Assembly (NCBI GenBank): GCA_905372795.1 | Contig: CAJPQE010000001.1 | Location: forward strand, 1-52,948 | DNA length: 52,948 nt | Origin: Streptococcus cristatus | Lineage (GTDB): Bacteria; Bacillota; Bacilli; Lactobacillales; Streptococcaceae | Reading direction: 5' to 3' | The notes under the pieces: model-generated | Databases searched by the model: none | What the model saw: only the letters and a program-made list of their open reading frames with translations | Told to the model about the DNA's origin: nothing | Shown here: positions 1 to 11,178 of the stretch, in pieces | Layout: every line of letters begins with the position of its first letter | Position numbering within the stretch: the stretch's first letter is position 1 | Translations under genes and position numbers: made by a program

Positions 1-43
1 TATTATACCATAGATTTCAAATTTCTTTCCTTATATATTATTT

Positions 44-87
44 AAATTAACACTCTTTCCTTAAAAATTTTTTAAAATTTTCTTAAA
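44..87 (-). promoter_or_regulatory. Putative CiaR-type direct repeats and -10 for a divergent gene left of the window (probably malQ/malM)
   Basis: Minus strand reads TTTAAG-N5-TTTAAA-N5-TTTAAG-N10-TAATTT. This fits the CiaR architecture (NTTAAG-5-TTTAAG, 10 bp before -10); pneumococcal malQP is a known CiaR target. Confidence 0.55.
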
Positions 88-164
88 AACGCTTGCAAGC
101 GTTTACCTTTTGTGCTAAAATTATTTTAAGTTCAAGAAAACGTTTGCGCTATGCAAGCGTGTTC
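87..164 (+). promoter_or_regulatory. malX promoter with LacI-family (MalR/CcpA) operators
   Basis: TTGCAA(93-98)-N17-TAAAAT(116-121) with extended TG; perfect 18-bp palindrome AAACGCTTGCAAGCGTTT (87-104); GAAAACGTTTGCG (136-148) is the reverse complement of the MalR box CGCAAACGTTTTC; third LacI-like site at 152-164. Confidence 0.75.
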
Positions 165-204
165 TTAGATGGTATTATACTTTTATTCTTTAGGAGGAAT
201 AATC

Positions 205-1470
205 ATGAAAAACAAAATGTTGAAGAGCGTTGCTGTTCTCGGTACTGTTGCATTGGCAGGCTTCATCTTGACAGCTTGCGGAAGCAAATCTTCTTCAAGC
301 AAGTCATCTGAATCAGGCGACAAGAACGTTACAGTATACGTTGAAGAGCAGTACAAGGCTTACATGGAGAAAGCTGCTGCAGCTTTTGAAAAAGAAACTG
401 GTTCTAAAGTTACTATTAAAACTGGTGACCAAATGGGTGGATTGGACAACCTTTCACTCGACAACCAGTCTGGTAAAGCTCCAGACGTTTTGATGGCTCC
501 ATACGACCGCGTAGGAAGCCTCGGTACAGATGGACAATTAAACGAAGTAAAATTAAGCAAAGATAGTAAGACAGATAAAACTACTGAATCTCTTGTAACA
601 ACAGAAGGTAAAACATACGGAGCACCTGCTGTTATCGAGACTTTGGTAATGTACTATAACAAAGACCTGATCCAAAAAGCTCCTACAACATTTGCTGAAC
701 TTGAAGAGTTGGCTAAAGATAGCAAGTACGCTTTCGAAGGCGAAGATGGCAAAACATCTGCTTTCCTTGCTGACTGGACAAACTTCTACTACGCTTACGG
801 ACTTCTAGCTGGTAACGGCGGTTATGTATTCGGTGACAATGGTAAAGATCCTAAAGATATCGGTCTTGCTAATGAAGGTGCAATTAAAGGTATTGAATAC
901 GCTAAAACTTGGTATGCAAAATGGCCTAAAGGAATGCAAGATACTGAAGGCGCTGGAAACTTGATCCAGTCTCAATTCCAAAAAGGCAAAACTGCTGCTA
1001 TCATCGATGGCCCTTGGAAAGCATCTGCTTTAAAAGAAGCTAAAGTAAACTATGGTGTTTCAACTATCCCAACTCTTCCAAACGGAAAAGAATATGCTGC
1101 TTTCGGTGGTGGTAAAGCTTGGGTTATCCCAACTGGTGCTAAAAACCCAGAAGTTGCTCAAAAATTCGTTGACTTCTTGACTTCAACTGATCAACAAAAA
1201 GCATTTTACGATGCTACTAACGAAGTACCTGCTAACACAGAAGCACGCGAGTATGCAGTAAGCAAGAAAGATGAACTGACAGACGCAGTTGTTAAACAGT
1301 TCCAATCAGCTCAACCAATGCCAAACATCTCTGAAATGAGTACTGTTTGGGATCCAGCTAAGAACATGCTCTTCGATGCTGTAAGCGGTAAGAAAGATGC
1401 TAAAACTTCAGCTGAAGATGCTGTTAAATTGATCAAAGAAACTATCGATCAAAAATTCGGCAACAAATAA
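205..1470 (+). CDS. malX: Maltose/maltodextrin ABC transporter substrate-binding lipoprotein
   Basis: RBS AGGAGG before ATG 205; lipobox LTAC; MalE-like motifs (APDVLMAPYDRVG, IIDGPW, PMPNISEMSTVWD). Confidence 0.95.
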   Translation: MKNKMLKSVAVLGTVALAGFILTACGSKSSSSKSSESGDKNVTVYVEEQYKAYMEKAAAAFEKETGSKVTIKTGDQMGGLDNLSLDNQSGKAPDVLMAPYDRVGSLGTDGQLNEVKLSKDSKTDKTTESLVTTEGKTYGAPAVIETLVMYYNKDLIQKAPTTFAELEELAKDSKYAFEGEDGKTSAFLADWTNFYYAYGLLAGNGGYVFGDNGKDPKDIGLANEGAIKGIEYAKTWYAKWPKGMQDTEGAGNLIQSQFQKGKTAAIIDGPWKASALKEAKVNYGVSTIPTLPNGKEYAAFGGGKAWVIPTGAKNPEVAQKFVDFLTSTDQQKAFYDATNEVPANTEAREYAVSKKDELTDAVVKQFQSAQPMPNISEMSTVWDPAKNMLFDAVSGKKDAKTSAEDAVKLIKETIDQKFGNK

Positions 1471-1483
1471 GCAAGTTTAAATA

Positions 1484-1514
1484 AAGGGGTGGGAATTTTC
1501 CCTACCCCTTGTTT
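1484..1514 (+). terminator. Stem-loop after malX (partial terminator or mRNA stabiliser)
   Basis: AAGGGGTGGGA...TCCCTACCCCTT inverted repeat followed by GTTT. Confidence 0.6.
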
Positions 1515-1615
1515 GATAGAATGAGGCTTTATTCTATCTTCTAATAAGAAAAACTCGGATTAGGACTTGTACTTACTGCAATTCCTCAATCTTTCTCGTA
1601 TCTAAGGAGACTACA

Positions 1616-2905
1616 ATGACAAAAAAAGATCCCAAACAAGCCATGTTGCGCTCCCTCATTCCAGGGTTGGGGCAAATCTATAATGATCAAAAAGCCAAAG
1701 GATACATCTTTCTTGGGGTTACGGTTGCATTTTTAGCTTATTTCGTAGCTATTGCCCTACCAGAAATTGAAAATCTCATCACCCTTGGTGAAGTCCGTGG
1801 TGACAACTCACTCTTCATGCTGATCCGCGGTGCCTTCCACCTCATCCTCGTGGTATTTTTCCTGATTTTCTATGGATTTAACTTGAAGGATGCTCGGACG
1901 GTTGCTAAACAGTGGAACAATGATTATCCTGTTCATACTACCTTGAAGGAAATGTTTGATGGAATCTATGAAAATGGCTTTCCTTACTTACTCATCATCC
2001 CTTCTTATCTGGCCATGACCTTTGCTATCATTTTCCCCGTATTGGTAACGCTCTTGATCGCCTTTACCAACTATGATTTCAAACACTTGCCACCAAATAA
2101 ACTCTTGGATTGGGTTGGCTTTACCAACTTTGCTAACATTTGGCAATTGAGCACCTTCCGTGCGGCCTTTGGTTCTGTCTTGACTTGGACTATCATCTGG
2201 GCGCTGGCAGCCTCTACTTTGCAAATCGTAATCGGTATTTTCACTGCTATTATTGCCAACCAACCATTCATCAAAGGAAAACGCATCTTTGGTGTTATCT
2301 TCCTGCTTCCTTGGGCAGTTCCAGCCTTTATCACTATCCTGACTTTCTCAAACATGTTCAACGATAGTATCGGTGCCATCAACACTCAAGTCATCCCGCT
2401 TCTCAGCAAGGTTCTTCCCTTCCTAGATGGACATCTGATTCCGTGGAAGACTGATCCGACTTGGACTAAGATTGCTCTGATTATGATGCAAGGTTGGCTT
2501 GGATTCCCTTATATCTATGTCCTGACCTTAGGTATCTTGCAGTCTATTCCAAATGACCTTTACGAAGCAGCCTACATCGACGGAGCCAATGCTTGGCAGA
2601 AATTCCGCAACATCACTTTCCCAATGATCTTGGCAGTTGCGGCACCAACTTTGATCAGTCAATACACCTTTAACTTTAATAACTTCTCAATCATCTACCT
2701 CTTCAATGCAGGTGGTCCTGGTAGTGTCGGTGGAGGAGCTGGTTCAACCGATATCCTGATCTCTTGGATTTATCGTTTGACCACAGGTACAGCACCGCAA
2801 TATTCAATGGCGGCAGCCGTTACCCTCATCATCTCCATCATTGTCATCTCTATCTCTATGATTGCCTTCAAGAAACTACACGCATTTGATATGGAGGATG
2901 TATAA
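1616..2905 (+). CDS. malC: Maltodextrin ABC transporter permease
   Basis: Multiple TM segments; EAA loop [22 protein letters not shown]; operon position. Confidence 0.93.
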   Translation: MTKKDPKQAMLRSLIPGLGQIYNDQKAKGYIFLGVTVAFLAYFVAIALPEIENLITLGEVRGDNSLFMLIRGAFHLILVVFFLIFYGFNLKDARTVAKQWNNDYPVHTTLKEMFDGIYENGFPYLLIIPSYLAMTFAIIFPVLVTLLIAFTNYDFKHLPPNKLLDWVGFTNFANIWQLSTFRAAFGSVLTWTIIWALAASTLQIVIGIFTAIIANQPFIKGKRIFGVIFLLPWAVPAFITILTFSNMFNDSIGAINTQVIPLLSKVLPFLDGHLIPWKTDPTWTKIALIMMQGWLGFPYIYVLTLGILQSIPNDLYEAAYIDGANAWQKFRNITFPMILAVAAPTLISQYTFNFNNFSIIYLFNAGGPGSVGGGAGSTDILISWIYRLTTGTAPQYSMAAAVTLIISIIVISISMIAFKKLHAFDMEDV

Positions 2906-2906
2906 G

Positions 2907-3749
2907 ATGAATAGTTCTGTTAAATTTAAACGTTTTATCAACCATAGTTTGACCTATCTCTACCTTGTAGTGCTTTCCATTATCATTCTCTACCCGCTCT
3001 TGATCACGATCATGTCTGCTTTCAAAACGGGGAATGTCGTGGCCTTCAAGCTAGACACAGACATCAACTTCAGTCTGGAAAACTTCTCTCGTCTCTTCTC
3101 AGAGACTCTATATGGCACTTGGTACTTTAACACCATTATCATTGCCGTCTTGACAATGATTGTCCAAACCAGTATAGTGGTACTTGCAGGTTATGCATAC
3201 AGCCGTTACAATTTCATCGCAAGAAAGCAAAGTTTGGTTTTCTTCTTGATTATCCAAATGGTGCCAACCATTGCAGCTCTGACCGCCTTCTTCGTTATGG
3301 CGCTGATGCTCAATGCCCTCAACCAAAGCTGGTTCCTCATCTTCCTTTATGTGGGTGGTGGTATTCCAATGAATGCTTGGTTGATGAAAGGATACTTCGA
3401 TACCGTTCCTATGTCTCTAGATGAGTCAGCTAAATTAGACGGTGCTGGTCATTTCAGACGTTTCTGGCAGATTGTCCTGCCCCTCGTTCGTCCAATGATT
3501 GCTGTGCAAGCTCTCTGGGCCTTCATGGGACCTTTCGGAGACTATATCCTCTCTAGCTTCCTTCTTCGTGAAAAAGAATTTTATACGGTTGCAGTTGGTC
3601 TTCGTACCTTCGTCAGCGATGTCAAAAATCAAAAAATTGCCTTCTTTGCTGCCGGTGCGATTCTCACTGCCCTTCCAATCTGTATTCTCTTCTTCTTCCT
3701 GCAAAAGAATTTTGTATCTGGTTTAACAAGTGGTGGAGACAAGGGATAA
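2907..3749 (+). CDS. malD: Maltodextrin ABC transporter permease
   Basis: GGAGG RBS then ATG 2907; EAA loop [23 protein letters not shown]-terminal [17 protein letters not shown]. Confidence 0.93.
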   Translation: MNSSVKFKRFINHSLTYLYLVVLSIIILYPLLITIMSAFKTGNVVAFKLDTDINFSLENFSRLFSETLYGTWYFNTIIIAVLTMIVQTSIVVLAGYAYSRYNFIARKQSLVFFLIIQMVPTIAALTAFFVMALMLNALNQSWFLIFLYVGGGIPMNAWLMKGYFDTVPMSLDESAKLDGAGHFRRFWQIVLPLVRPMIAVQALWAFMGPFGDYILSSFLLREKEFYTVAVGLRTFVSDVKNQKIAFFAAGAILTALPICILFFFLQKNFVSGLTSGGDKG

Positions 3750-3853
3750 TCTTGTCCCACCCTGTTTTTGATTTAAAAACAATTATAGTTATATGGCAGC
3801 CAATAAGTTCTTTATTGGCCACCACCTGATTATAATTTTAGAAAGAGGCAGCT

Positions 3854-4666
3854 ATGTTACCCTATCCTTTTAATTATTTTTCGAGCTTGATTGGTTTTAG
3901 AAGAACTTTCGCCAATCGTCGGATGCTTAGCTGGTTCCAGCTCATCTTTACCAGCGTCTTTTTGATTTCTCTGTCTTTGATCCCCGTAGCCATTCAGACA
4001 GCGTCTTTGACGAGCTATGCTCTGGATACTTTTGTTGATAAGGCATTTGACACTCTGGATGAAGACGTGATGATTGACTTGGACCATCATGCCCAGATGA
4101 AAGACCATGTACTGACCACTGAAAATCCTGAAGGCATTCATCGCAATGCCGCTGGGACTGTCATTATTGGTCATCATGAGGAGCTCAAATTAGGCAAGGA
4201 GCTGACGCTTTACTTTGACAAAGAAAATCTTAAAATCACTAAAGAAGGAAAAGAACTGGCCAATATCCGCTACCAAGCCATTGACCAGAAGGCTCTGAAA
4301 AGTAAAGAAGCCCTGACCAAAGCCATTTCTAAAGACTGGTTCCAGCAAAACCGCTTGGTAATCAGCCTCTTTCTAGTCGTCTCCGCAGGCTTCCTCTTTA
4401 GCATCAACTTTGCATTTCTAGCACTCGGTGCTTCCTTCTTGCTCTATCTGACCAAGAAATCACGGTTATTTTCTTTTAAAACCTTTAAAGAATGCTATCA
4501 TTTTATCCTCAACTGCCTAGGATTACCAACGATTATCGGTCTTATCTGTGGCTTATTTGGACAAAGCCTGCCTACGATTATCACAGTCCAAAATATCTTG
4601 TTTGTTCTTTATTTGGTGATTATTTTCTACAAAACACATTTTCGTGATGAGGATTTTAGAAATTAG
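3854..4666 (+). CDS. malA: Maltodextrose utilization membrane protein (DUF1189/MalA)
   Basis: MLPYPFNYF N-terminus, TM segments, located between malD and malR as in pneumococcus. Confidence 0.85.
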   Translation: MLPYPFNYFSSLIGFRRTFANRRMLSWFQLIFTSVFLISLSLIPVAIQTASLTSYALDTFVDKAFDTLDEDVMIDLDHHAQMKDHVLTTENPEGIHRNAAGTVIIGHHEELKLGKELTLYFDKENLKITKEGKELANIRYQAIDQKALKSKEALTKAISKDWFQQNRLVISLFLVVSAGFLFSINFAFLALGASFLLYLTKKSRLFSFKTFKECYHFILNCLGLPTIIGLICGLFGQSLPTIITVQNILFVLYLVIIFYKTHFRDEDFRN

Positions 4667-4675
4667 GAGGTTATT

Positions 4676-5659
4676 ATGCGCGTTACGATTAAAGAAGTAG
4701 CGAAATTAGCGGGTGTGTCTCCCTCAACGGTGACACGCGTCGTACAAAACAAGTCTACCATCAGTGATGAAACAAAAAAACGCGTCCGCGCTGCTATGAA
4801 AGAGCTGGACTATCATCCAAATCTCAACGCTAGAAGTCTGGTCAGCCAATCAACCCAAGTCATCGGTCTGGTGCTGCCCGATGATTCGGATCTTTTTTAC
4901 CAAAACCCATTCTTCCCAACTGTCTTACGAGGGATTTCACGCATCGCATCTGAACATGACTATGCCATTCAGATTAGTACTGGACAGGACGAAGAGCGTC
5001 GTTTAGAAAATATCAAACAAATGATTTTCGGAAAACGCGTCGATGGTTTGATTTTTCTCTATTCTAAGCCAAACGATCCGCTGGTTGACTTTGCGATTAA
5101 AAACCAATTTCCTTTCTTGATTTTAGGGAAAGCAGTGTCACCATTTGTTTCTTTGGTCGATAATGATAATATCAAGGCTGGCTACGATGCAACCAAATAT
5201 TTCCTAGATCAAGGTTATAAAAAAATTGCCTTTCTAGCTGGGAATAAAGAGCTTGTCGTATCCCAAGACCGCTTTACCGGCTACAAACAAGCCCTAGAAG
5301 AAGCAGGCATCCCTCTCGATGAAAACATCGTCAAGTTTTCTTTCGGTTTCCTCTTGGAAGATAGCAGTTATAAGATTATGGAAAAGATGCCTATTCAGGA
5401 AATCGAAGCCTTTGTGACATCGGATAGTATGGTTGCCGAAGGGGCTCTCCACTATCTCAAAGACATTGACTACCGCTTCCCGATTATCACTTTTGACTCT
5501 ATCAAGCCACGCATCAACGTGGATGCCTACATTAATATCAATACCCTCGAGTTGGGGAGGGAATCTTTCCGTACCTTACTCCAAATCATTAAAGATAATA
5601 AGGATGACAAGCATACTTGCTATCGCCAAGTCATCCCCCACAGCATTCTTACTCGTTAG
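4676..5659 (+). CDS. malR: LacI-family maltose regulon repressor
   Basis: LacI HTH VTIKEVAKLAGVSPSTVTRV; YHPNLNARSL; mal context. Confidence 0.92.
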   Translation: MRVTIKEVAKLAGVSPSTVTRVVQNKSTISDETKKRVRAAMKELDYHPNLNARSLVSQSTQVIGLVLPDDSDLFYQNPFFPTVLRGISRIASEHDYAIQISTGQDEERRLENIKQMIFGKRVDGLIFLYSKPNDPLVDFAIKNQFPFLILGKAVSPFVSLVDNDNIKAGYDATKYFLDQGYKKIAFLAGNKELVVSQDRFTGYKQALEEAGIPLDENIVKFSFGFLLEDSSYKIMEKMPIQEIEAFVTSDSMVAEGALHYLKDIDYRFPIITFDSIKPRINVDAYININTLELGRESFRTLLQIIKDNKDDKHTCYRQVIPHSILTR

Positions 5660-5674
5660 TTAAGGAGAAATTTC

Positions 5675-7750
5675 ATGGTTTATCGTATTTTCCAAGCCTA
5701 CTTAGATGATGAAAATAACATCACTATCGAATTGGAAAAGTCCTTTGATGCTTATTCTATCCACTTTACTCTAGAGGACAAGCATAGCTCTAGTCCTTTG
5801 ACCATCAAAAAAATTGAGAATCAAGAACATCAGATTGTCTACACCCTTTCAGTCAATGACCCGATTGATTTGACTGAATCCTACACAGTCTATGATCAAG
5901 ACCGCAATCACACCATTCTCCAGTATCGTCACATTGTCCAAAAGCCAATTTTTGATGAATTATTTAGCTACCAAGAAAGAGATTTGGGAGCTAGCTATAG
6001 CCCTCAGGCAACAGATTTCAAACTGTGGGCGCCTATTTCAGAAAAAGTCTTGCTGCATCTGGAAGAGCAGGTCATTCCCCTCCAAAGGCAAGATAGGGGT
6101 GTCTGGCATACGCAGGTCCTTGGAGACTTAGAAGGCAAGGCCTACTACTATATCCATAAGGTGAACGGAAAATGGGTAGAAGTACATGACCCCTACGCTC
6201 TCTCTTCAGATGCCAACTCTGGTCATAGTTATGTCATTGACCGCAAAAAGATTAGCAGACCTATTCGTCGGGCTGCCAGCCAAGTAAAACCAACAGAAGC
6301 CGTTATCTATGAAATGAGCGTGCGTGATTTCTCCATGCAAAAGGAAGCTGGTTTTTCACAACCTGGTAAATTTGCTTCTCTGTCCGAATCTCCAACCGTA
6401 CACGGCCAGACCTTTGGTCTCAAATACTTGCAAGATTTAGGCATTACACACGTTCAGCTTATGCCAGTCTATGACTTTGGCAGTGTTGACGAAAAACACC
6501 CCGAACTCGTTTACAATTGGGGCTATGATCCCGTCCAGTATAATGTTCCTGAAGGCAGCTTCTCAAGCGACCCACACAATCCCTATAGCCGTATCTTTGA
6601 ACTACAAGACGCGATTGCAGCTTATCACCAGGCTGATATGAGCGTTATCATGGATGTCGTCTACAATCACGTCTATGAGGCAGATGCCTATGCTTTTGAG
6701 AAGATTGTGCCAGGCTACTTCTATCGTCTCGATGAACAGGGCCTACGGACAAATGGCACCTTCTGTGGAAATGATGTAGCCAGCGAAAAAGCTATGGTGC
6801 GCCATTATATCCAACAATCTGTCCAACAATGGGTTAGCCTCTACGGCTTTGATGGTTTTCGCTTTGACCTGATGGGCATTCTCGATATAACCACAATGAA
6901 GCAAATCGCTCAGGAACTAAAAGCCATTCATCCAAACATCTACCTTTACGGAGAAGGTTGGCAGATGCCTACTGGTCTTGATAGTGACCTTCTGGCTCAT
7001 CAGTTCAACGCTGAACAACTACCTGAGTATGGATTCTTCAGCGATCATTTCCGTGATACGATCAAGCAAACCATCGTCCAAGGTAGCCGACTGGACAAAG
7101 AGCATGCAACCAGCTGGCTAGAAAATGTCCTGACAGCCAATGTCGGCCTGACAGGAGAGCAACATTTCCTAGCGCCTCATCAGGCGATCAACTATGTAGA
7201 ATGCCATGACAACGCAACGGTATTTGATTATTTTGATATTCAAAATCCAAATATCAACCTCCGTCAGCGCCTAGCTAACTCTCGCCTAGCACTGCACATT
7301 GTTCTCTTAGCGCAAGGAGTTCCTTTCCTCCACAGCGGGCAGGAATTTTATCGGACCAAGAATCTGATTGACAACACCTACAACCTGCCTGATGATGTCA
7401 ACAAGCTAGACTGGCTGCGCTCACTTCACTATACCGAAGACATTGAATTTTTGAAGCAACTCATTGCCTTTAGAAAGGTTCATCCGCTTTTGACTCTGAC
7501 AACTAGCTCTGCTATTCAAAAGGCTTGTCAGGTCAAATGGCTCAGCCCTAGCCTCCTTGAATATAAGATTCAAAAAGATAAACAAGCGCTGACCATTTTG
7601 ATTAACTTTGGTACTGAAGCAGCGACTTATGAAAATAAAATGAAGCAAAGCATCCACCTTCAGTATCCGCACATTAACGCTAAAAAACCAATCGCCCCGC
7701 TAGCAGACTCTTATACCGTTCCTGCTAAGCAAGTCTTGGTTTTGAAATAA
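5675..7750 (+). CDS. pulA: Type I pullulanase (GH13), cytoplasmic
   Basis: YNWGYDP, MDVVYNH, DGFRFDLMG, YGEGW and YVECHDN motifs; no signal peptide. Confidence 0.92.
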   Translation: MVYRIFQAYLDDENNITIELEKSFDAYSIHFTLEDKHSSSPLTIKKIENQEHQIVYTLSVNDPIDLTESYTVYDQDRNHTILQYRHIVQKPIFDELFSYQERDLGASYSPQATDFKLWAPISEKVLLHLEEQVIPLQRQDRGVWHTQVLGDLEGKAYYYIHKVNGKWVEVHDPYALSSDANSGHSYVIDRKKISRPIRRAASQVKPTEAVIYEMSVRDFSMQKEAGFSQPGKFASLSESPTVHGQTFGLKYLQDLGITHVQLMPVYDFGSVDEKHPELVYNWGYDPVQYNVPEGSFSSDPHNPYSRIFELQDAIAAYHQADMSVIMDVVYNHVYEADAYAFEKIVPGYFYRLDEQGLRTNGTFCGNDVASEKAMVRHYIQQSVQQWVSLYGFDGFRFDLMGILDITTMKQIAQELKAIHPNIYLYGEGWQMPTGLDSDLLAHQFNAEQLPEYGFFSDHFRDTIKQTIVQGSRLDKEHATSWLENVLTANVGLTGEQHFLAPHQAINYVECHDNATVFDYFDIQNPNINLRQRLANSRLALHIVLLAQGVPFLHSGQEFYRTKNLIDNTYNLPDDVNKLDWLRSLHYTEDIEFLKQLIAFRKVHPLLTLTTSSAIQKACQVKWLSPSLLEYKIQKDKQALTILINFGTEAATYENKMKQSIHLQYPHINAKKPIAPLADSYTVPAKQVLVLK

Positions 7751-7760
7751 AGTAAAAATA

Positions 7761-7820
7761 TAAAAAGGAACAGGTTCATTTTGGATGGGAAAACATCCAG
7801 CTGAACCTGTTCCTTTTTTA
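7761..7820. terminator. Long bidirectional terminator hairpin between convergent pulA and yitT
   Basis: AAAAAGGAACAGGTTCA...TGAACCTGTTCCTTTTT with an inner TGGATG/CATCCA stem. Confidence 0.8.
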
Positions 7821-7878
7821 TGTATAAATGTATGCACTGAGTTTGAGTAAGATTCGACAGTGATGCCGATAATCGAGA

Positions 7879-8814
7879 CTACTCTTCTACAAATCTTCCT
7901 AAAATATGTACATTGTCAGATACGGAGACAAAGGCGGTCGGATCCGTCTGCTTCATGATGTACTTAAATTCGCTAAACTCAGCACGCGTAATGACTGTAA
8001 TCAGCACCGCCTTTTGCTCGTGATTGTAAGTTCCCTCCGCCCCATTGATAATGGTCGCACCGCGGTGGAGCTTGTGGTGAATCTTGTTAATCACTTCTTC
8101 AGGATGACTGGTGATAATCATGGCCTGCATCCGCTTTTGCTTGGTAAAGACAGCGTCCGTTACACGGCTGGATACAAAGATGGTAATCATTGAGTAGAGA
8201 GCGTATTCCCAACCGAAGGTCAGACCAGCAATTAGCATAATAATCCCATTGACAATCAGGGAGATACTGCCTACATTACGACCTGTTTTCTTGCGAATGG
8301 TCAGACTAACAATATCCGTCCCTCCACTCGAGATGCTTGACTTGAGGGCAAAACCGATCCCTGTCCCCATGACAACTCCCCCGAACAAGGCATTGATAAT
8401 GGGATTGGTCGTCAATGTCACTTCTGGCACAAAATGGATAAAAAGCGAGCTCATCGAAACAGTGATAAAAGTAAAAACAGTAAACTTATGCCCAATTTGA
8501 TACCAAGCCAAAATCATCAGTGGAATATTGATCGCATAAAAAGTAATGGAAACTGGAATGGTAAAGCCGATAAAGCGACCACTCAAAGCCGAGACAATCT
8601 GCGCCAGGCCCGTTGCACCACTTGAGTAGACATGGCCTGGCTGAAAGAAGAAATTGACCGCTACTGCTGAGAGAAAGCCATATACCAGAGAGGCTGAAAA
8701 TTTCTCATCATATTTTTCACGCGAAATACTTTTCAGAACTTCTAGCAACTTGACATGATAGGCAAAGCGATGAAGATAATAGCGAAAAAGTTTCCGCAAA
8801 CTAGTCTTTTTCAT
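7879..8814 (-). CDS. YitT/YczE-family membrane protein (DUF161/DUF2179)
   Basis: SGATGLAQ and SSGGTDIV motifs; C-terminal [14 protein letters not shown]...DPTAFV; overlaps the aspS stop. Confidence 0.88.
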   Translation of the reverse strand: MKKTSLRKLFRYYLHRFAYHVKLLEVLKSISREKYDEKFSASLVYGFLSAVAVNFFFQPGHVYSSGATGLAQIVSALSGRFIGFTIPVSITFYAINIPLMILAWYQIGHKFTVFTFITVSMSSLFIHFVPEVTLTTNPIINALFGGVVMGTGIGFALKSSISSGGTDIVSLTIRKKTGRNVGSISLIVNGIIMLIAGLTFGWEYALYSMITIFVSSRVTDAVFTKQKRMQAMIITSHPEEVINKIHHKLHRGATIINGAEGTYNHEQKAVLITVITRAEFSEFKYIMKQTDPTAFVSVSDNVHILGRFVEE

Positions 8815-10555
8815 GTGATTCTACTTGTAAACTTAATTCCTCTAATTGTGCTGGAGCAACCAAGCTTGGTGCTTGCGTCATTGGGTCAGAAGCCTTATTA
8901 TTCTTAGGAAAAGCAATGACTTCACGGATATTTTCTTCACCGGCCAAGAGCATGACGAAGCGATCCAGACCCAAAGCCAGACCTCCATGTGGTGGGAAAC
9001 CATAATCCATAGCTTCTAGAAGGAAACCGAACTGGTCTTGCGCTTCTTCAGCTGAAAAGCCTAAAGCCTTAAACATCCGTTCCTGCAGATCTTTTTGGTT
9101 GATCCGTAGGCTACCACCACCTAGTTCATAGCCATTTAGTACGATATCATAGGCAACCGCACGAACCTTGCTTAGATCTCCTTCCAGCTCCTGCTCAGAA
9201 TCTTTTTGAGGCAGGGTGAACGGATGGTGAGCACTCATATAGCGGCCTTCTTCTTCAGACCACTCAAACATTGGCCAATCTACCACCCACAAGTAGTTAA
9301 ACTTAGCAGGGTCAATCAAACCTAATTCCTTGCCTAAACGGACACGAAGAGCCCCCAGAGCTGCGTTGGCAACATCCAAGGTATCTGCCACAAAGAGCAC
9401 CAAGTCGTTTTCTTCTAATTGTAAAGCAGTTGTCAACTCACTTGACAGGTCTGTCAAGAACTTAGCAATAGGACCAGTCAGCTCTCCATCGGCTACTTTC
9501 ACCCAAGCTAGTCCCTTGGCTCCATACTGCTTAGCTTGCTCTGTCAGCTTATCAATGTCTTTGCGTGAGTATTTGTCAGCAGCATTTTTCACTACAATAG
9601 CCTTGACAGCCGGTGCCTCAGAAAAGACCTTGAAGTCAACACCCTTTACAAGCTCTGTCAAGTCCTGCAATAACATGTCAAAGCGAGTATCTGGCTTGTC
9701 GCTACCATAGAGAGCCATAGCATCGTCATATTTCATACGTGGGAAAGGCAAGGTCACTTCAATACCCTTGGTTTCTTTCATGACACGGGCAATCAAACCT
9801 TCTGTAATGTCTTGGATTTCTTGCTCAGATAGGAAAGAAGTTTCCAAGTCCACCTGTGTAAACTCTGGTTGACGGTCTCCACGTAAGTCCTCGTCTCGGA
9901 AACACTTGACAATCTGATAATAACGGTCAAAACCAGCATTCATCAAAAGCTGCTTGGTAATCTGTGGGCTTTGAGGCAGGGCATAGAAATGACCTTGGTT
10001 GACCCGGCTCGGCACCAAATAGTCACGCGCTCCTTCAGGCGTTGACTTGGTCAAAAATGGTGTCTCTACATCGATAAACTCCAGCTCATCCAAATAATTG
10101 CGGATGGAATGAGTCACTTTAGCACGCAACTTGAGATTTTCCAGCATTTCTGGGCGACGCAGATCCAAATAACGGTAGCGCAAACGCGTATCATCATTAG
10201 TTTCAATCCCGTCCTTAATCTCAAAAGGAGTCGTTTTAGCAGTATTCAGTACCGTCAGACTGTCTACGTGAAGCTCTACACTTCCTGTGGCCAGCTTATC
10301 ATTGGCCTGCTCACGCGCAGCTACTTTACCAGTCACCTCAATAACAAACTCGCTGCGCAGACTCTCAGCTGTCTTCATGACCTCATCTGAAACACTCTCA
10401 GGATTAATAACTAGCTGCATAATCCCTTCACGGTCACGCAGATCAATAAAAATCAAGCCTCCCAAATCGCGACGGCGGGCAACCCAACCTTTCAAAGTAA
10501 TTTCCTGACCGACATGCTCACTACGAACACGTCCCGCATACATTGAACGTTTCAT
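8801..10555 (-). CDS. aspS: Aspartate--tRNA ligase
   Basis: [56 protein letters not shown]. Confidence 0.98.
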   Translation of the reverse strand: MKRSMYAGRVRSEHVGQEITLKGWVARRRDLGGLIFIDLRDREGIMQLVINPESVSDEVMKTAESLRSEFVIEVTGKVAAREQANDKLATGSVELHVDSLTVLNTAKTTPFEIKDGIETNDDTRLRYRYLDLRRPEMLENLKLRAKVTHSIRNYLDELEFIDVETPFLTKSTPEGARDYLVPSRVNQGHFYALPQSPQITKQLLMNAGFDRYYQIVKCFRDEDLRGDRQPEFTQVDLETSFLSEQEIQDITEGLIARVMKETKGIEVTLPFPRMKYDDAMALYGSDKPDTRFDMLLQDLTELVKGVDFKVFSEAPAVKAIVVKNAADKYSRKDIDKLTEQAKQYGAKGLAWVKVADGELTGPIAKFLTDLSSELTTALQLEENDLVLFVADTLDVANAALGALRVRLGKELGLIDPAKFNYLWVVDWPMFEWSEEEGRYMSAHHPFTLPQKDSEQELEGDLSKVRAVAYDIVLNGYELGGGSLRINQKDLQERMFKALGFSAEEAQDQFGFLLEAMDYGFPPHGGLALGLDRFVMLLAGEENIREVIAFPKNNKASDPMTQAPSLVAPAQLEELSLQVESHEKD

Positions 10556-10723
10556 CTTTACTCTCCAAAATTTTAATTCTGTTACTATTTTACCACAAAG
10601 AGCCTAGGAAAGCCCCCCTACCTGTCCTTTTTCTGAAAAAAATTAAAAACCTTCATTTACATTGCCCACTTTTATAAAAAAGGTCTGGAATCAATATTCT
10701 CAGACCTCCTAATTTCATATAGA

Positions 10724-10936
10724 CTATTCCTTTTTCTTCCCATCCTCATAAAGACTAGGAGCCAGCATTTTTGTCACCATGGCTGTCAAAAAGCGAAAGG
10801 CTCCAGCTGCCAGACCAAAAATCGGCGCCAAAGCACGGAAGAAAAAATCCCCTCGCATAAAATAACAGAGCAGACCCGTTATCACAAATAAGGCCACTCC
10901 CTGCACCACAACCACTAATAATATTTTCTTCATCAT
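10724..10936 (-). CDS. Small hypothetical membrane protein (2 TM)
   Basis: 70-aa ORF with GAGGG RBS and two hydrophobic stretches; hairpin downstream (about 10680-10708). Confidence 0.6.
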   Translation of the reverse strand: MMKKILLVVVVQGVALFVITGLLCYFMRGDFFFRALAPIFGLAAGAFRFLTAMVTKMLAPSLYEDGKKKE

Positions 10937-11178
10937 TCCCTCGACTTTCTATAGACTATTATAGCATAAGCAAGGATAGTTGGGACGAAAAGTTTTATGT
11001 TATTGGAAGAGTAGCAGAGTGATGTGGTTAAAAAGAAAAGTACTTAAACATACTTAGGTGGAAATAAAATCATTCATATCCTCCATCAATTCAAGCTAGT
11101 TGAAAAATAAAAGTCTGAGACAAAAAGCCCCAGACCCGTTATCTATATAAATGAGATCCTAAATCTTATTTCAAACTA

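Noticed and set aside
10556..10720. T-box leaders for aspS or hisS
   Set aside because: No T-box consensus seen; extended -10 elements (TGGTAAAAT) lie only a few tens of bases upstream of both start codons
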